NCBI GenBank assembly: GCA_052279835.1
Contig: CP181291.1
Location: forward strand, 352,001 to 416,000
Direction: 5' to 3'
From: Microcoleus sp.
GTDB lineage: Bacteria > Cyanobacteriota > Cyanobacteriia > Cyanobacteriales > Microcoleaceae
DNA: 64,000 nt
The translations under genes and the position numbers were made by a program. The notes beneath the pieces were generated by a model. It ran no database searches. It saw only the letters and a list, made by a program, of their open reading frames with translations, and was not told the origin of the DNA. Of the stretch, positions 31,341-41,413 are shown in pieces. Position 1 is the first letter of the stretch. Each line of letters begins with the position of its first letter.

Positions 31341-31512
31341 AATTAGGTCGATATCAAATCCGTTGGTATCTTCCTCTACTCATCTCCCTCTTCTCGGACT
31401 CTGCGGCCTCTGTGGTCTCTGCGGTTTAATCATTCCGAAACAACCAGAACGTGAAAGGACACGGCAATGCCGTGTCCCCACAAATCTCACCCGAAATTAA
31501 CCAGGTTGGCGA

Positions 31513-33687
31513 TTACTTAATGAACAGCATTTCCTGATAAGTAGGCAACGGCCACAACTCATCAGCAATTTCACCTTCTAAAGCATCCGCATACTGGCGA
31601 ACCTCATCCATCAAAGGACGAATTGTTTGCGAAGCATACTGCATATGCTCTTCTGTAGAAGCAAAATCATGATTGCTCAAAGCATCAGTCAACTTGCTAG
31701 TACAATCCATCATCGATTTAAGCAGGGTGGCTACCTTTTGGGCAGTTTCTTTATCTAAGTCAATGCCAATTTCTTTCAAACCAGCAATAGTGTTAGAAAG
31801 ATCCGACAAATAACTCACTGCTGCTGGATAAATCAGGGTTTTTGCCATGCTGACTACCAGTTTCGCTTCAACTTCAATAGCCAGCAAATACTGCTCTGCA
31901 TAGACATCGAAACGGCTTTCCAATTCAACAGGAGTCAACACACCTGTCTTTTCAAACAAATCTTCAATGTATTCTGCTTTCAACACGGGCAGAGCATCGG
32001 CAGTAGTCCGCAAGTTGGCTAAACCGCGTTCTTCCACGGCCATTTTATGCCATTCTTCAGAATAGCCATTGCCACCGAATACCACAGCACCATGCTCGTC
32101 CATGACTTCTTTCAGGGCGTTTTGGATGGCAGCGTTTAATTCAGTTCCTTTGGCCAAATCGCTTTCTAACTTGTTAGCAACCCAGTCCAAAGAATCTGCC
32201 AAAATTGTATTCATTGCCACCAAGGGGCCGGAAACAGATTGACCGGAACCTACAGCACGGAATTCAAAACGGTTGCCAGTAAAAGCAAAGGGTGATGTCC
32301 GGTTTCTGTCGCCGGCATCTTTTACGAAAGTAGGCAGTGTTTCTACGCCTAAATTCATGATTCCGCGACCTTGAGAACCCTTAATTCCGCCCTGGCGAAT
32401 TTGATCGAAGATATCTTCTAATTGCGAACCCAAATAGACAGAGATAATCGCTGGCGGAGCTTCATTGGCACCCAAGCGGTGGTCGTTGCTGGCAGTTGCA
32501 ACTACGGCGCGCAACAAAGGGCCGTATTTGTGTACGCCGCGAATTACAGCACCGCAGAACACTAGGAATTGTATGTTGGAGTGCGGTGTATCGCCTGGGT
32601 CTAACAAGTTGCCTTGGGTGGCGTTACCGACTGACCAGTTAACGTGTTTGCCGGAACCGTTAATCCCTGCAAAAGGCTTTTCGTGGAGCAAGCAAATAAA
32701 ACCATGTTTCTTCGCGGTGTTGCGCAGAATTGTCATGGTTAATTGTTGGTGGTCGCTGGCAACGTTTGCTGCTTCAAAAACTGGTGCAATTTCAAATTGA
32801 CCTGGTGCTACTTCGTTGTGGCGGGTTTTGGCGGGAATTCCGAGGCGATACATTCTTTCTTCTACTTCTTGCATGAAGATTTGAACGCGCTCTGGAATTG
32901 CTCCAAAATAGTGGTCGTCAAATTGCTGACCTTTGGCTGGAGGTTTGCCAAACAGGGTGCGACCTGCTAACAGTAAATCGGGACGATTGTTGGCAAAGTT
33001 GGCATCTATTAGGAAGTATTCTTGTTCGGCACCGCAACTGGAATTTACGGGAGCAACTTCGGTATTTCCTAATAGTTTCAAAACGCGGGTTGCTGCTTTG
33101 TTCATTGCGGCAATGGAACGCAACAGCGGTGTTTTCTTGTCTAGTGCTTCGCCTGTCCAGGAGATGAAAACAGTGGGAATGCACAATGTCATGCCGTTGT
33201 CTGTTTCCATGACATAAGCAGGGCTGGTGACATCCCAAGCTGTGTATCCGCGAGCGGCGGCGGTGGAACGGATGCCGCCGTTGGGGAAGGAGGAGCCGTC
33301 TGGTTCACCTTGTACTAGCAGTTTGCCGGCAAATTCTGAGATGACTGAACCATCGCTTTGTACAGAGATGAAACCGTCGTGTTTTTCAGCGGTGCTGTTG
33401 GTGAGCGGATAAAATACGTGAGCGTAGTACAATGCTCCTTTGGAAATAGCCCAGTCTTTCATGGCTACCGCAACTACGTCAGCTACGGATTCGTCGAGTT
33501 TTTTGCCGGTTTGAACTGTATTTTTTACTGATTTAAAAATACTTTTGGGCAGACTCTCTTGCATCTTGCTGAGAGTGAAGACATCTGTTGCCCACATATC
33601 TTCTAGTCGTTTCGCAGGCTGGGTAGGTGTCAGTGGGCGGTTGACAATTTGGGAAATTGCTTGAACGCGCGATTCGTTTCCACTCAT
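31513..33687 (-). CDS. glnN: Glutamine synthetase type III
   Basis: About 724 aa; [33 protein letters not shown] and [18 protein letters not shown] motifs. Confidence 0.96.
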   Translation of the reverse strand: MSGNESRVQAISQIVNRPLTPTQPAKRLEDMWATDVFTLSKMQESLPKSIFKSVKNTVQTGKKLDESVADVVAVAMKDWAISKGALYYAHVFYPLTNSTAEKHDGFISVQSDGSVISEFAGKLLVQGEPDGSSFPNGGIRSTAAARGYTAWDVTSPAYVMETDNGMTLCIPTVFISWTGEALDKKTPLLRSIAAMNKAATRVLKLLGNTEVAPVNSSCGAEQEYFLIDANFANNRPDLLLAGRTLFGKPPAKGQQFDDHYFGAIPERVQIFMQEVEERMYRLGIPAKTRHNEVAPGQFEIAPVFEAANVASDHQQLTMTILRNTAKKHGFICLLHEKPFAGINGSGKHVNWSVGNATQGNLLDPGDTPHSNIQFLVFCGAVIRGVHKYGPLLRAVVATASNDHRLGANEAPPAIISVYLGSQLEDIFDQIRQGGIKGSQGRGIMNLGVETLPTFVKDAGDRNRTSPFAFTGNRFEFRAVGSGQSVSGPLVAMNTILADSLDWVANKLESDLAKGTELNAAIQNALKEVMDEHGAVVFGGNGYSEEWHKMAVEERGLANLRTTADALPVLKAEYIEDLFEKTGVLTPVELESRFDVYAEQYLLAIEVEAKLVVSMAKTLIYPAAVSYLSDLSNTIAGLKEIGIDLDKETAQKVATLLKSMMDCTSKLTDALSNHDFASTEEHMQYASQTIRPLMDEVRQYADALEGEIADELWPLPTYQEMLFIK

Positions 33688-34161
33688 GATAGTTTTTTGT
33701 TGTTGATTTGGGGACAAGTAGTTTTGAAAAGATACGGCTTAGGAACAGCCAGTTTTTAGTGAGGATGTTAGTCCTTTTTCTTGTTTTATAATCATGGCTT
33801 TAGTCCTGACTACAAACAAGTTTTATTACGGGTGGTTAGTGCTAGGTCCGATCGCCCAGATACCATATTGATGACACTCCAGTGTCAGATGCGGTTGGAT
33901 ATCGGTTATTAACAAAACAATAGATGGCAATAGCGTGTACTAACTTTGGTCAATATCATTGATATCAACTTGGCACAGATTTAGTACCTAATTTTTACCC
34001 TGGTAAGATCAAAAATTTTGTGCCTATGGATTCTTTTGAATTCAGGTCAAAACTACTTAGGGTTTTTAACTGCGTGGCGATCGCTAAATCGCATTCTACC
34101 AAATAACACTGTTATGTGAGGTTTTGGAGAATTATCGAAAATACACAATCCACACTTGGAG

Positions 34162-34204
34162 AGTGTAAACAATCGTTAATTGAATAAATGTATCCTAGAC
34201 TACA
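34162..34204 (-). promoter_or_regulatory. Canonical NtcA-activated promoter directed toward glnN
   Basis: TGTA-N8-TACA at 34189-34204, then exactly 22 nt from the GTA-N8-TAC core to a TACACT -10 box (34167-34162). Confidence 0.85.
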
Positions 34205-34240
34205 GAATATTATTTTTTTCGGCACTTACCCATCAAAACC

Positions 34241-34330
34241 AAAGAAACGGGGTTTTTTGTGCGATTCAAGAGCTGTAGTGAAAAATTTTGGCAAAAAACC
34301 CGGTTTCTGACTATCGGTGCGTAAGTCCTA
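34241..34330. repeat. Dispersed hairpin repeat, copy 2
   Basis: AAGAAACGGGGTTTTT...AAAAACCCGGTTTCT...TGCGTAAGTCCTA. Confidence 0.78.
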
Positions 34331-34563
34331 TTTTTGCAAAACTCTGGTACAGACGTTCCGGTGGAATGTCTTCTGCTGCTGCACCGAGGTTGCTAGACTA
34401 TGGCGTTGAGGGTGGGTAGGAAGGGAATATCTGTAACACCTGAGTCGTAGCCAAGTTGTGTCAAGATGAATAGACCATTCTAGAATTTGCAGATCGATCG
34501 TATATATAGTCGCGTTTGGGGAGGCGACCAAACCTGATGTTATACTCGCCTGTAACAACTTGG

Positions 34564-35646
34564 TTAAACCGGATTACAGACTTGTTTCTTGATAGGAATA
34601 TGAATCACAAACTCCGCCCCTCTTCCCGCAGTTGAAAAAAACATGAGCTTACCGCCATGTTTTTCAGTGATAATCTGGTAACTAATCGCCATTCCCATTC
34701 CTGTGCCCTTCCCAATGGGTTTTGTGGTGAAGAACGGATTAAATATTTGTTCTTGAATTTCTTCGGGAATTCCTAATCCCGTATCTGCGATCGCAATTTG
34801 TACCCATTTTGCATCAACCACTGATGTAGAGATAGTAATCTGACTAGCATTTTCTTTTATTTCTGGAACCGTTCGTTTTTGATTTAATTCTTCAATGGCA
34901 TCAATAGCATTGACCAGAATATTCATAAACACCTGATTAAGTTGTCCGGCATAGCACTCCACCCGTGGCAAATTACCGTAGTTCCGAATCACCTGAATCT
35001 CTGAGTTTTCCGGATGATTTTTCAGACGATGCTGCAAAATGAGTAATGTACTATCAATTCCTTCATGAATATCGACTGACTTGAGGTGAGCTTCGTCCAT
35101 TCGCGAAAATATCCGCAAAGACAGGACAATGTTACGGATGCGTTCTGTTCCTAGCTTCATAGAAGTCACAATTTTGAGCAAGTCTTGCTGCAAAAAAGCT
35201 AGGTCTATTTCATCTGCCTCGCCTTGAATTTCAGCTACGGGATTGGGGTAGTGATGCTGATAAAGTTGTACGATATTCAACAGGTTTTGAGCATAGTCCT
35301 CCAAGTATTTTAAGTTGCCGTGGATGAAGTTAACTGGATTATTAATTTCATGGGCAACACCCGCTACAAGTTGCCCTAAGCTGGACATCTTTTCAGTATG
35401 AACGAGTTGGGCTTGAGTGCGTTTAAGTTCGCTCAAAGTCTGTTCTAACTGACGCTTTTCTTTGACTTCTTTTTGGGAATTTTCTAGGTCGTTGATAATT
35501 TGCCGGAGCAAAGATTCTTTTTTTTGATTCGTTTGCTCTAGTTCTTGGCAAGTTGTCTCCGAGCGCTCTAATTTTTTGCGTAAAATGCGATTTTCTTTTT
35601 CAAGCTGCTTAATTCTTGCCGCAACCTCTATTTCTTCTGACTCCAT
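34564..35646 (-). CDS. Cytoplasmic histidine kinase (coiled coil, HisKA, HATPase)
   Basis: EKMSSLGQLVAGVAHEINNP, NILVNAIDA, DTGLG and FFTTKPIGKGTGMG motifs. Confidence 0.94.
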   Translation of the reverse strand: MESEEIEVAARIKQLEKENRILRKKLERSETTCQELEQTNQKKESLLRQIINDLENSQKEVKEKRQLEQTLSELKRTQAQLVHTEKMSSLGQLVAGVAHEINNPVNFIHGNLKYLEDYAQNLLNIVQLYQHHYPNPVAEIQGEADEIDLAFLQQDLLKIVTSMKLGTERIRNIVLSLRIFSRMDEAHLKSVDIHEGIDSTLLILQHRLKNHPENSEIQVIRNYGNLPRVECYAGQLNQVFMNILVNAIDAIEELNQKRTVPEIKENASQITISTSVVDAKWVQIAIADTGLGIPEEIQEQIFNPFFTTKPIGKGTGMGMAISYQIITEKHGGKLMFFSTAGRGAEFVIHIPIKKQVCNPV

Positions 35647-35647
35647 C

Positions 35648-36802
35648 TTAGGCTTCTCCGATTAGCAAAGTGACAAATGTTTCATTGTGAAAATAGGAGA
35701 TACCCAGAGCTGTTAAGGGGGAAATTTCCCCATTGGTGTAAAAGCCACAAGTGGGCAAGGATTTGGTCAAACAGGTTTGAGTTAGTGCGTATTCTTCTTT
35801 AGTTCGAGTACCTAAGATTTGTCGCCTACTGGCGCAGGAAAAATACAAAGCAGCCGCCGGTTCTTTGCCGGGATAATTCTCTAAGGCTTGTATCATGGAG
35901 GTTCGAGATGCAGACAGAATACTATCGTGGGTAGTTTCGGTAATTTGAACGATCGCCTGTTCGGGCAGATCTCCAAAAAAGCTCACGCTACCAATTTCTG
36001 AATCATAAACTCCACTGGGTGCGCGCAAATAGTAATGATTTTCATTGACATCAAACACGGCTAAGGGATATTCTGAGGATGGTGGCATTTTCCCCAAATA
36101 ATGGTGATAAAATGCGAGAGCAGGTTTACTATCAATTTCGTAGACTATATTTTGAGAAGCTTTGGTAACTTTACCTCCCTTGCCAATGGGATTCCAACCA
36201 CTAGCAATACCGTGAGAAAACAGGATTGAACCCGATATTAAAAGAATCGGAAAGGCATCGCTATAAACCCCAGTTTTGTAGAATTGATAGGTTTTTTTGA
36301 ACTGCCATCTGTCCGCGGTAAGTCCGCCAAAAATAGGTATGTTTCCCCCTAAAGTTTGATTCAAACTATCCAAGATTAAAACGGCGCTAGTGGTGAGACT
36401 TTCTGGCAAAGCAATACAGAGTTTAATCTCTTCTGTATGACCTATTTTTGCTTGAACAATAGCGGTTTTAATGGCGCTATTTAAGTTCTGAGAAATGTCT
36501 CGTCCAATGCCAGCAGTAATTTTGATTTTATCTGCACAAAATAGCATCAGAGTCAGGGAATCTTGCTCAAATCCTAGAACAGAAGACATCTCTCCATCAG
36601 TGGTGCCACCAATTAGCTCAATTCCCGGATAAGTCAGATGAATTTGATTTAAGATGAGAGTATGTTCAAAGTCAATGGCTGCGAATAGTATACCCGCTTG
36701 AGGTGATGCTCCTGAAAGGGATTGCTGGCATTGCTCTAGGACTTCTGCGATCGCCGACAGAGAATCAGGGTCGTTGCTATGACCAACTACAGTTTTTAAC
36801 AT
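35648..36802 (-). CDS. FIST-domain sensory protein (NosP-like)
   Basis: IGGTTDGE, FGGLTAD, SGWNPIG, FSCASR and GFYTNGEI...HNET FIST N/C motifs. Confidence 0.9.
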   Translation of the reverse strand: MLKTVVGHSNDPDSLSAIAEVLEQCQQSLSGASPQAGILFAAIDFEHTLILNQIHLTYPGIELIGGTTDGEMSSVLGFEQDSLTLMLFCADKIKITAGIGRDISQNLNSAIKTAIVQAKIGHTEEIKLCIALPESLTTSAVLILDSLNQTLGGNIPIFGGLTADRWQFKKTYQFYKTGVYSDAFPILLISGSILFSHGIASGWNPIGKGGKVTKASQNIVYEIDSKPALAFYHHYLGKMPPSSEYPLAVFDVNENHYYLRAPSGVYDSEIGSVSFFGDLPEQAIVQITETTHDSILSASRTSMIQALENYPGKEPAAALYFSCASRRQILGTRTKEEYALTQTCLTKSLPTCGFYTNGEISPLTALGISYFHNETFVTLLIGEA

Positions 36803-37259
36803 CGGTTTAGTTTCATTTCCTTAATCTTAATTATTGGAAATAAATTTACCATATTCAGCAACTAAAACCCGGAAAATAGCGAACTTTTATTTAAAGTGTG
36901 GGAAGAGATTATAAGAGCTGGTGTGGGCTGGAGAGCGTCCTAATTTAGGTTTGGTTACAACTGCTACACCGATACCAGTTTGGTCCCTAGAGGATTCAAT
37001 ATAAAATTTATTAAATGATTGCAACTGGGTATGATAATGTTAGGAGCATGCTCCAGATCGCCCAATCAATTAATTCTTCATCACAAAAATTTACGTCAGT
37101 AACCGATCCAGGAAGTTCCTTTTAGACCGCCAAAGAAGCTTGAATTACAAATTATGTTCCAATTCCTATAATTAAGCTTGATTTACGTAGTTAAGCCTTT
37201 TGCCAGATGACAACCTTAACTCCTCACCCCAATATTGATAATATTTCGAGTCACAATGT

Positions 37260-39689
37260 ATGCCACAATACTTCGGAAAACTCCAAACTACCGAACAGCC
37301 TTGGTCAATTATTGGCGCAGTAGAATCGATCGCTAAAACCGATCGCACAATTCACTTCAACTGTACCAATTCCGCTCTCAAAATCAGCATCCTCGCGCCG
37401 AATTTAATCCGAGTGCGAATGTGGCCAAATCCCCCCCAACCAGGGCGGGCACGCACCATCCACCGCCCCTACAACGGCGGGCAAGAAATAAAATTATCAC
37501 CCCCCCTTAGTAAGGGGGGGCAGGGGGGGGGTCAAAGCAAATTGCACTCAGTAACTCTCCCCGACGAAGAATGGGAAATCGTACCTTTTGAAGTGCGAGA
37601 AACCGCAGAAAAAATCGAAATAGAAACATCACAAATAACGATTTCTGTCAATCGCGATCGCACTTCCATCGAATGCTTTGACAAATCGGGAAAACCCTTT
37701 GCTAGGGACTGCGATCGCCCGATGGGATGGCGCACAGGTGCAACCGCAGCTTGGAAACAAATCGAAACAGACGAACACTTCTACGGTTTCGGCGAACGCA
37801 CGGGCTTGCTGGACAAACTCTCCGAAGTCAAGACAAACTGGACAACAGACTCCCTCGACTACACCTCCGTCACCGATGAAATGTACCAGGCGATCGCATT
37901 TTACATCGCCCTGAATCCCGATCGCGCTTACGGCATCTTTTTCAACACCACATTTTGGAGTCAGTTCGACATCGGCGCCGAACAACCGGGCATTTTGCGG
38001 ATGGAAACCAGAGACACGGAACTCGACTATTACATCATCTACGGCCCCGAACCCGCCCAAATTCTCGCCACCTACACGCAGTTAACCGGCCGGATGCCAC
38101 TCGCGCCAAAATGGGCGCTAGGATACCACCAGTGCCGCTGGAGCTACGAATCAGAGGACGTGGTGCGGGAGTTGGCGAAGGAATTTCGCGATCGCGCGAT
38201 TCCCTGCGATGTCATCCACCTCGACATCGACTATATGCGCGGCTACCGGGTGTTTACTTGGAGCCCCAAGCGTTTCCCCGATCCGGCTAAACTGATCGCA
38301 GATTTGAAAGCAGCCGGTTTCAAGGTGGTGACGATTGTCGATCCTGGTGTCAAGTACGAACCGGAAGCAGATTACGAAATATTCGATCGCGGTGTGGAAA
38401 ACGACTATTTCGTGCGCACCGCCGAGGGAAAGCTTTTCCACGGTTACGTTTGGCCCGATAAAGCGGTGTTTCCCGACTTCCTGCGCCCAGACGTGCGGCA
38501 GTGGTGGGGGGAACTGCACCAAAGCCTGACAGATATGGGGGTTGCGGGGATTTGGAACGATATGAACGAACCGGCGATCGCAGAAAGGCCTTTTGGTGAT
38601 GGTGGCGAACACATCTGGTTTCCGCTGGATGCGCCACAAGGCCCCGATGACGATCGCACCACCCACGCCGAAACGCACAATTTGTATGGGTTGATGATGG
38701 CGAAAGCTTGTGCTGAGGGGTTGCAAAAACTGCGATCGCGCGATCGGTCTTTTGTGCTGACGCGATCGGGTTTTGCGGGCGTACAGCGGTACTCGTCGGT
38801 GTGGATGGGCGACAATCAATCGCTGTGGGATCATTTGGAAATGTCGATGCCGATGCTTTGCAACATGGGGCTTTCCGGCGTTGGGTTTGTTGGCTGCGAC
38901 ATCGGCGGTTTTGCGGGGAATGCTACGGCTGAGTTGTTCGCGCGGTGGATGCAGGTGGGGATGTTGTATCCGTTGATGCGCGGTCATTCGGCGCTGAGTA
39001 CGGCGCAGCACGAACCCTGGGTTTTTGGCGATCGCACTGAGAAGATTTGCCGCGAATACATCAATTTGCGCTATCAGTTGTTGCCTTATATTTACACGTT
39101 GTTTTGGGAAGCAGCGACGACGGGAACGCCGATTTTGCGACCCTTACTATATCACTTTCCGCGCGATCGCACAACTTATCACCTTTACGATCAAGTGTTG
39201 CTGGGCCCGTCGCTGATGGCTGCACCCGTTTACCGACCGGGAGTTGAGCATCGCGCCGTGTATTTGCCCGAGGGTACTTGGTACGATTGGTGGACGGGCG
39301 AATGCTATCAGGGCCCGACGCACATTTTAGCCCATGCACCTTTGGAAAGAATGCCGCTTTACGTGCGGGGTGGAGGGATAATTGCGATCGCACCTGTAAG
39401 GCAATTTGTTGAGGAAAGGGCGATCGATTCGTTGAAAATGCGAATTTGGCCCGGAACTGGTGAATGGACGCTTTATGAGGACGACGGACACAGTTTTGAA
39501 CACGAACAAGGTGTCTGGGCTACGACTAATTATCAGGTGTATTTGGAAGGGGAAAAAGTGATAGTTGAAGTAGCGGCGCGCGAGGGTCAATTTTTGATAT
39601 CAGAACGCGAAGTTATTGTGGAAGTTGTTGGCGTTGGCGAACAGCGATTTACAGATGACGGTACGGTGCGGCGTTTGATATTTGGATAG
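37260..39689 (+). CDS. Glycoside hydrolase family 31 (alpha-glucosidase)
   Basis: YGFGE, GYHQCRWSY, HLDIDY, WNDMNEP (nucleophile) and WMGDN motifs. Confidence 0.95.
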   Translation: MPQYFGKLQTTEQPWSIIGAVESIAKTDRTIHFNCTNSALKISILAPNLIRVRMWPNPPQPGRARTIHRPYNGGQEIKLSPPLSKGGQGGGQSKLHSVTLPDEEWEIVPFEVRETAEKIEIETSQITISVNRDRTSIECFDKSGKPFARDCDRPMGWRTGATAAWKQIETDEHFYGFGERTGLLDKLSEVKTNWTTDSLDYTSVTDEMYQAIAFYIALNPDRAYGIFFNTTFWSQFDIGAEQPGILRMETRDTELDYYIIYGPEPAQILATYTQLTGRMPLAPKWALGYHQCRWSYESEDVVRELAKEFRDRAIPCDVIHLDIDYMRGYRVFTWSPKRFPDPAKLIADLKAAGFKVVTIVDPGVKYEPEADYEIFDRGVENDYFVRTAEGKLFHGYVWPDKAVFPDFLRPDVRQWWGELHQSLTDMGVAGIWNDMNEPAIAERPFGDGGEHIWFPLDAPQGPDDDRTTHAETHNLYGLMMAKACAEGLQKLRSRDRSFVLTRSGFAGVQRYSSVWMGDNQSLWDHLEMSMPMLCNMGLSGVGFVGCDIGGFAGNATAELFARWMQVGMLYPLMRGHSALSTAQHEPWVFGDRTEKICREYINLRYQLLPYIYTLFWEAATTGTPILRPLLYHFPRDRTTYHLYDQVLLGPSLMAAPVYRPGVEHRAVYLPEGTWYDWWTGECYQGPTHILAHAPLERMPLYVRGGGIIAIAPVRQFVEERAIDSLKMRIWPGTGEWTLYEDDGHSFEHEQGVWATTNYQVYLEGEKVIVEVAAREGQFLISEREVIVEVVGVGEQRFTDDGTVRRLIFG

Positions 39690-39958
39690 TTTTGGGGATA
39701 AGGATGCAATATTGCCTGTCTTTAGTGTTTTAGTTTTGAGATGGCGACGACACTGCAACCGCTGAGGGAGAAGGAACCAGAGTTTACGAATCCGGTTTCG
39801 CCGAGGCGGTTTATGCTATGGTGGTATTTGTTAAGGGCGATCACTCCATCTAGTATAATTTAATAAATCAAGGGCGATCGCCTCCTTGAAATCGGGTGAG
39901 CCTGTGATTCTGGTGTGGTTATATGGTATACATAAACAGATAGAATAAAGGACTAGAT

Positions 39959-41413
39959 ATGGCATCAGACAATGAGCAAAAATTGCCAAATACGCCAAAT
40001 ACACTAAACGCATCACCTACAAAAAGCTTTTTTGTTGAGATGCTTACTCGTGATATTGATCTAGAAGATGCAATTCTAGATCTTTTAGATAATTGTATTG
40101 ATGGGATACAGCGAACTCTTAAAGATAAAGATAATTCTTCTTCCCACAAGCCTTATAAAAATTTTTGGGCAAAATTGACTTTTTCAAGTGAAAGCTTCAC
40201 GATAGAGGATAATTGTGGCGGTATACCAATAGATGTAGCTCAGGATTATGCTTTTAGGATGGGAAGACCTAATAATAATGTTGATAATGATATTTATACG
40301 ATCGGGACTTATGGGATTGGGATGAAAAGATCTATCTTCAAAATGGGACGATCAAGTGAAGTAATATCACAAACAGAAAAAGCTTCTTTTAAAGTTACGA
40401 TTCATCCTGACTGGTTAACCAATGATGAAGATTGGAATTTACCATTTGAATTAATTGAACCCACTTTAAAGGAAAAGGGGACATTAATTAAAATAACTGA
40501 CTTACATCCGAGCATTATCAATGTTTTTTCATCACCGCAATCTATCTTACACAATTCTCTAGTAAGCAAAATTTCTCATTATTACAGCTATATCATTCAC
40601 AAAGGTTTCACAGTTTCTATCAACGAAGTAAAAGTAACTCCGGAGCCTTTGAAACTTCTATGGGATGGCGCAAATCAGATAGATAAGCAAAATATTATTG
40701 CACCATATCTTTATGAAATGGAGAAAAATGGAGTTGAGATTAAACTAGCAATTGGGTTTTATAGACATACGGCTAGTGAGGAAGAAGTAGATGATGAAAT
40801 GGCAGGTAATAGGAGGACTAGCGAAACAGCAGGTTGGACTATTGTTTGTAATGACCGTGTGGTACTGTATTGTGACAAGACTCGTCTAACAGGTTGGGGA
40901 GAAGAGAAAGTTCCTAGCTATCATCCTCAATTTATCGCAATTTCAGGAGTTGTATACTTTCGCAGTCCAGATGCAAGAAAGTTGCCCATTACGACCACTA
41001 AAAGGGGTATAGATGCTTCTTCTGATATCTACTTATATGTTAAAGATTTTATGCGTGAAGGGCTTAAGACCTTTACTTCATATACTAACAAGTGGAAAGG
41101 AAATCTTCTTGAAGAAAAGGAGAGAGCAGAGAAAGCTCAACTTGTTGCTCCAAGTGAACTGTTTGCAAAGATTCCAGATAACAAGTGGACTAAGGTTAAA
41201 AGTAAAACATCTAAATCCGAAAGAAAGTATGTTCCTTCTTTACCTGTCCCAGAGCCTCAGAATGGCGAAGTAAGCAAAAAAAGTATAAGATTTTCCAGAC
41301 CTGTAAAGGAGATAAAGATAGTTGCTGAGCACTTGTTTGAAGACTCAGAGCGTGAACCTTCAGAGGTTGGAAATGAATGCTTTGAAAAAGTTTTAAGAGA
41401 GGCTATGCAATGA
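39959..41413 (+). CDS. GHKL/MORC-type ATP-binding protein (HATPase_c_3-like plus S5-like domain)
   Basis: DAILDLLDNCIDG, EDNCGGI, GTYGIGMK and GT motifs, followed by CNDRVV and TTTKRG. Confidence 0.85.
   Translation: MASDNEQKLPNTPNTLNASPTKSFFVEMLTRDIDLEDAILDLLDNCIDGIQRTLKDKDNSSSHKPYKNFWAKLTFSSESFTIEDNCGGIPIDVAQDYAFRMGRPNNNVDNDIYTIGTYGIGMKRSIFKMGRSSEVISQTEKASFKVTIHPDWLTNDEDWNLPFELIEPTLKEKGTLIKITDLHPSIINVFSSPQSILHNSLVSKISHYYSYIIHKGFTVSINEVKVTPEPLKLLWDGANQIDKQNIIAPYLYEMEKNGVEIKLAIGFYRHTASEEEVDDEMAGNRRTSETAGWTIVCNDRVVLYCDKTRLTGWGEEKVPSYHPQFIAISGVVYFRSPDARKLPITTTKRGIDASSDIYLYVKDFMREGLKTFTSYTNKWKGNLLEEKERAEKAQLVAPSELFAKIPDNKWTKVKSKTSKSERKYVPSLPVPEPQNGEVSKKSIRFSRPVKEIKIVAEHLFEDSEREPSEVGNECFEKVLREAMQ

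Noticed and set aside
34328..34558. 76-aa ORF downstream of the histidine kinase
   Set aside because: It has a non-ATG start and no motifs, so there is insufficient support.
36954..36967. GTT-N8-TAC as an NtcA site for the FIST operon
   Set aside because: It is an imperfect match and I could not identify a properly spaced -10 box.
38151..39011. 286-aa antisense ORF
   Set aside because: It is a shadow of the GC-rich GH31 gene with no recognisable motifs.
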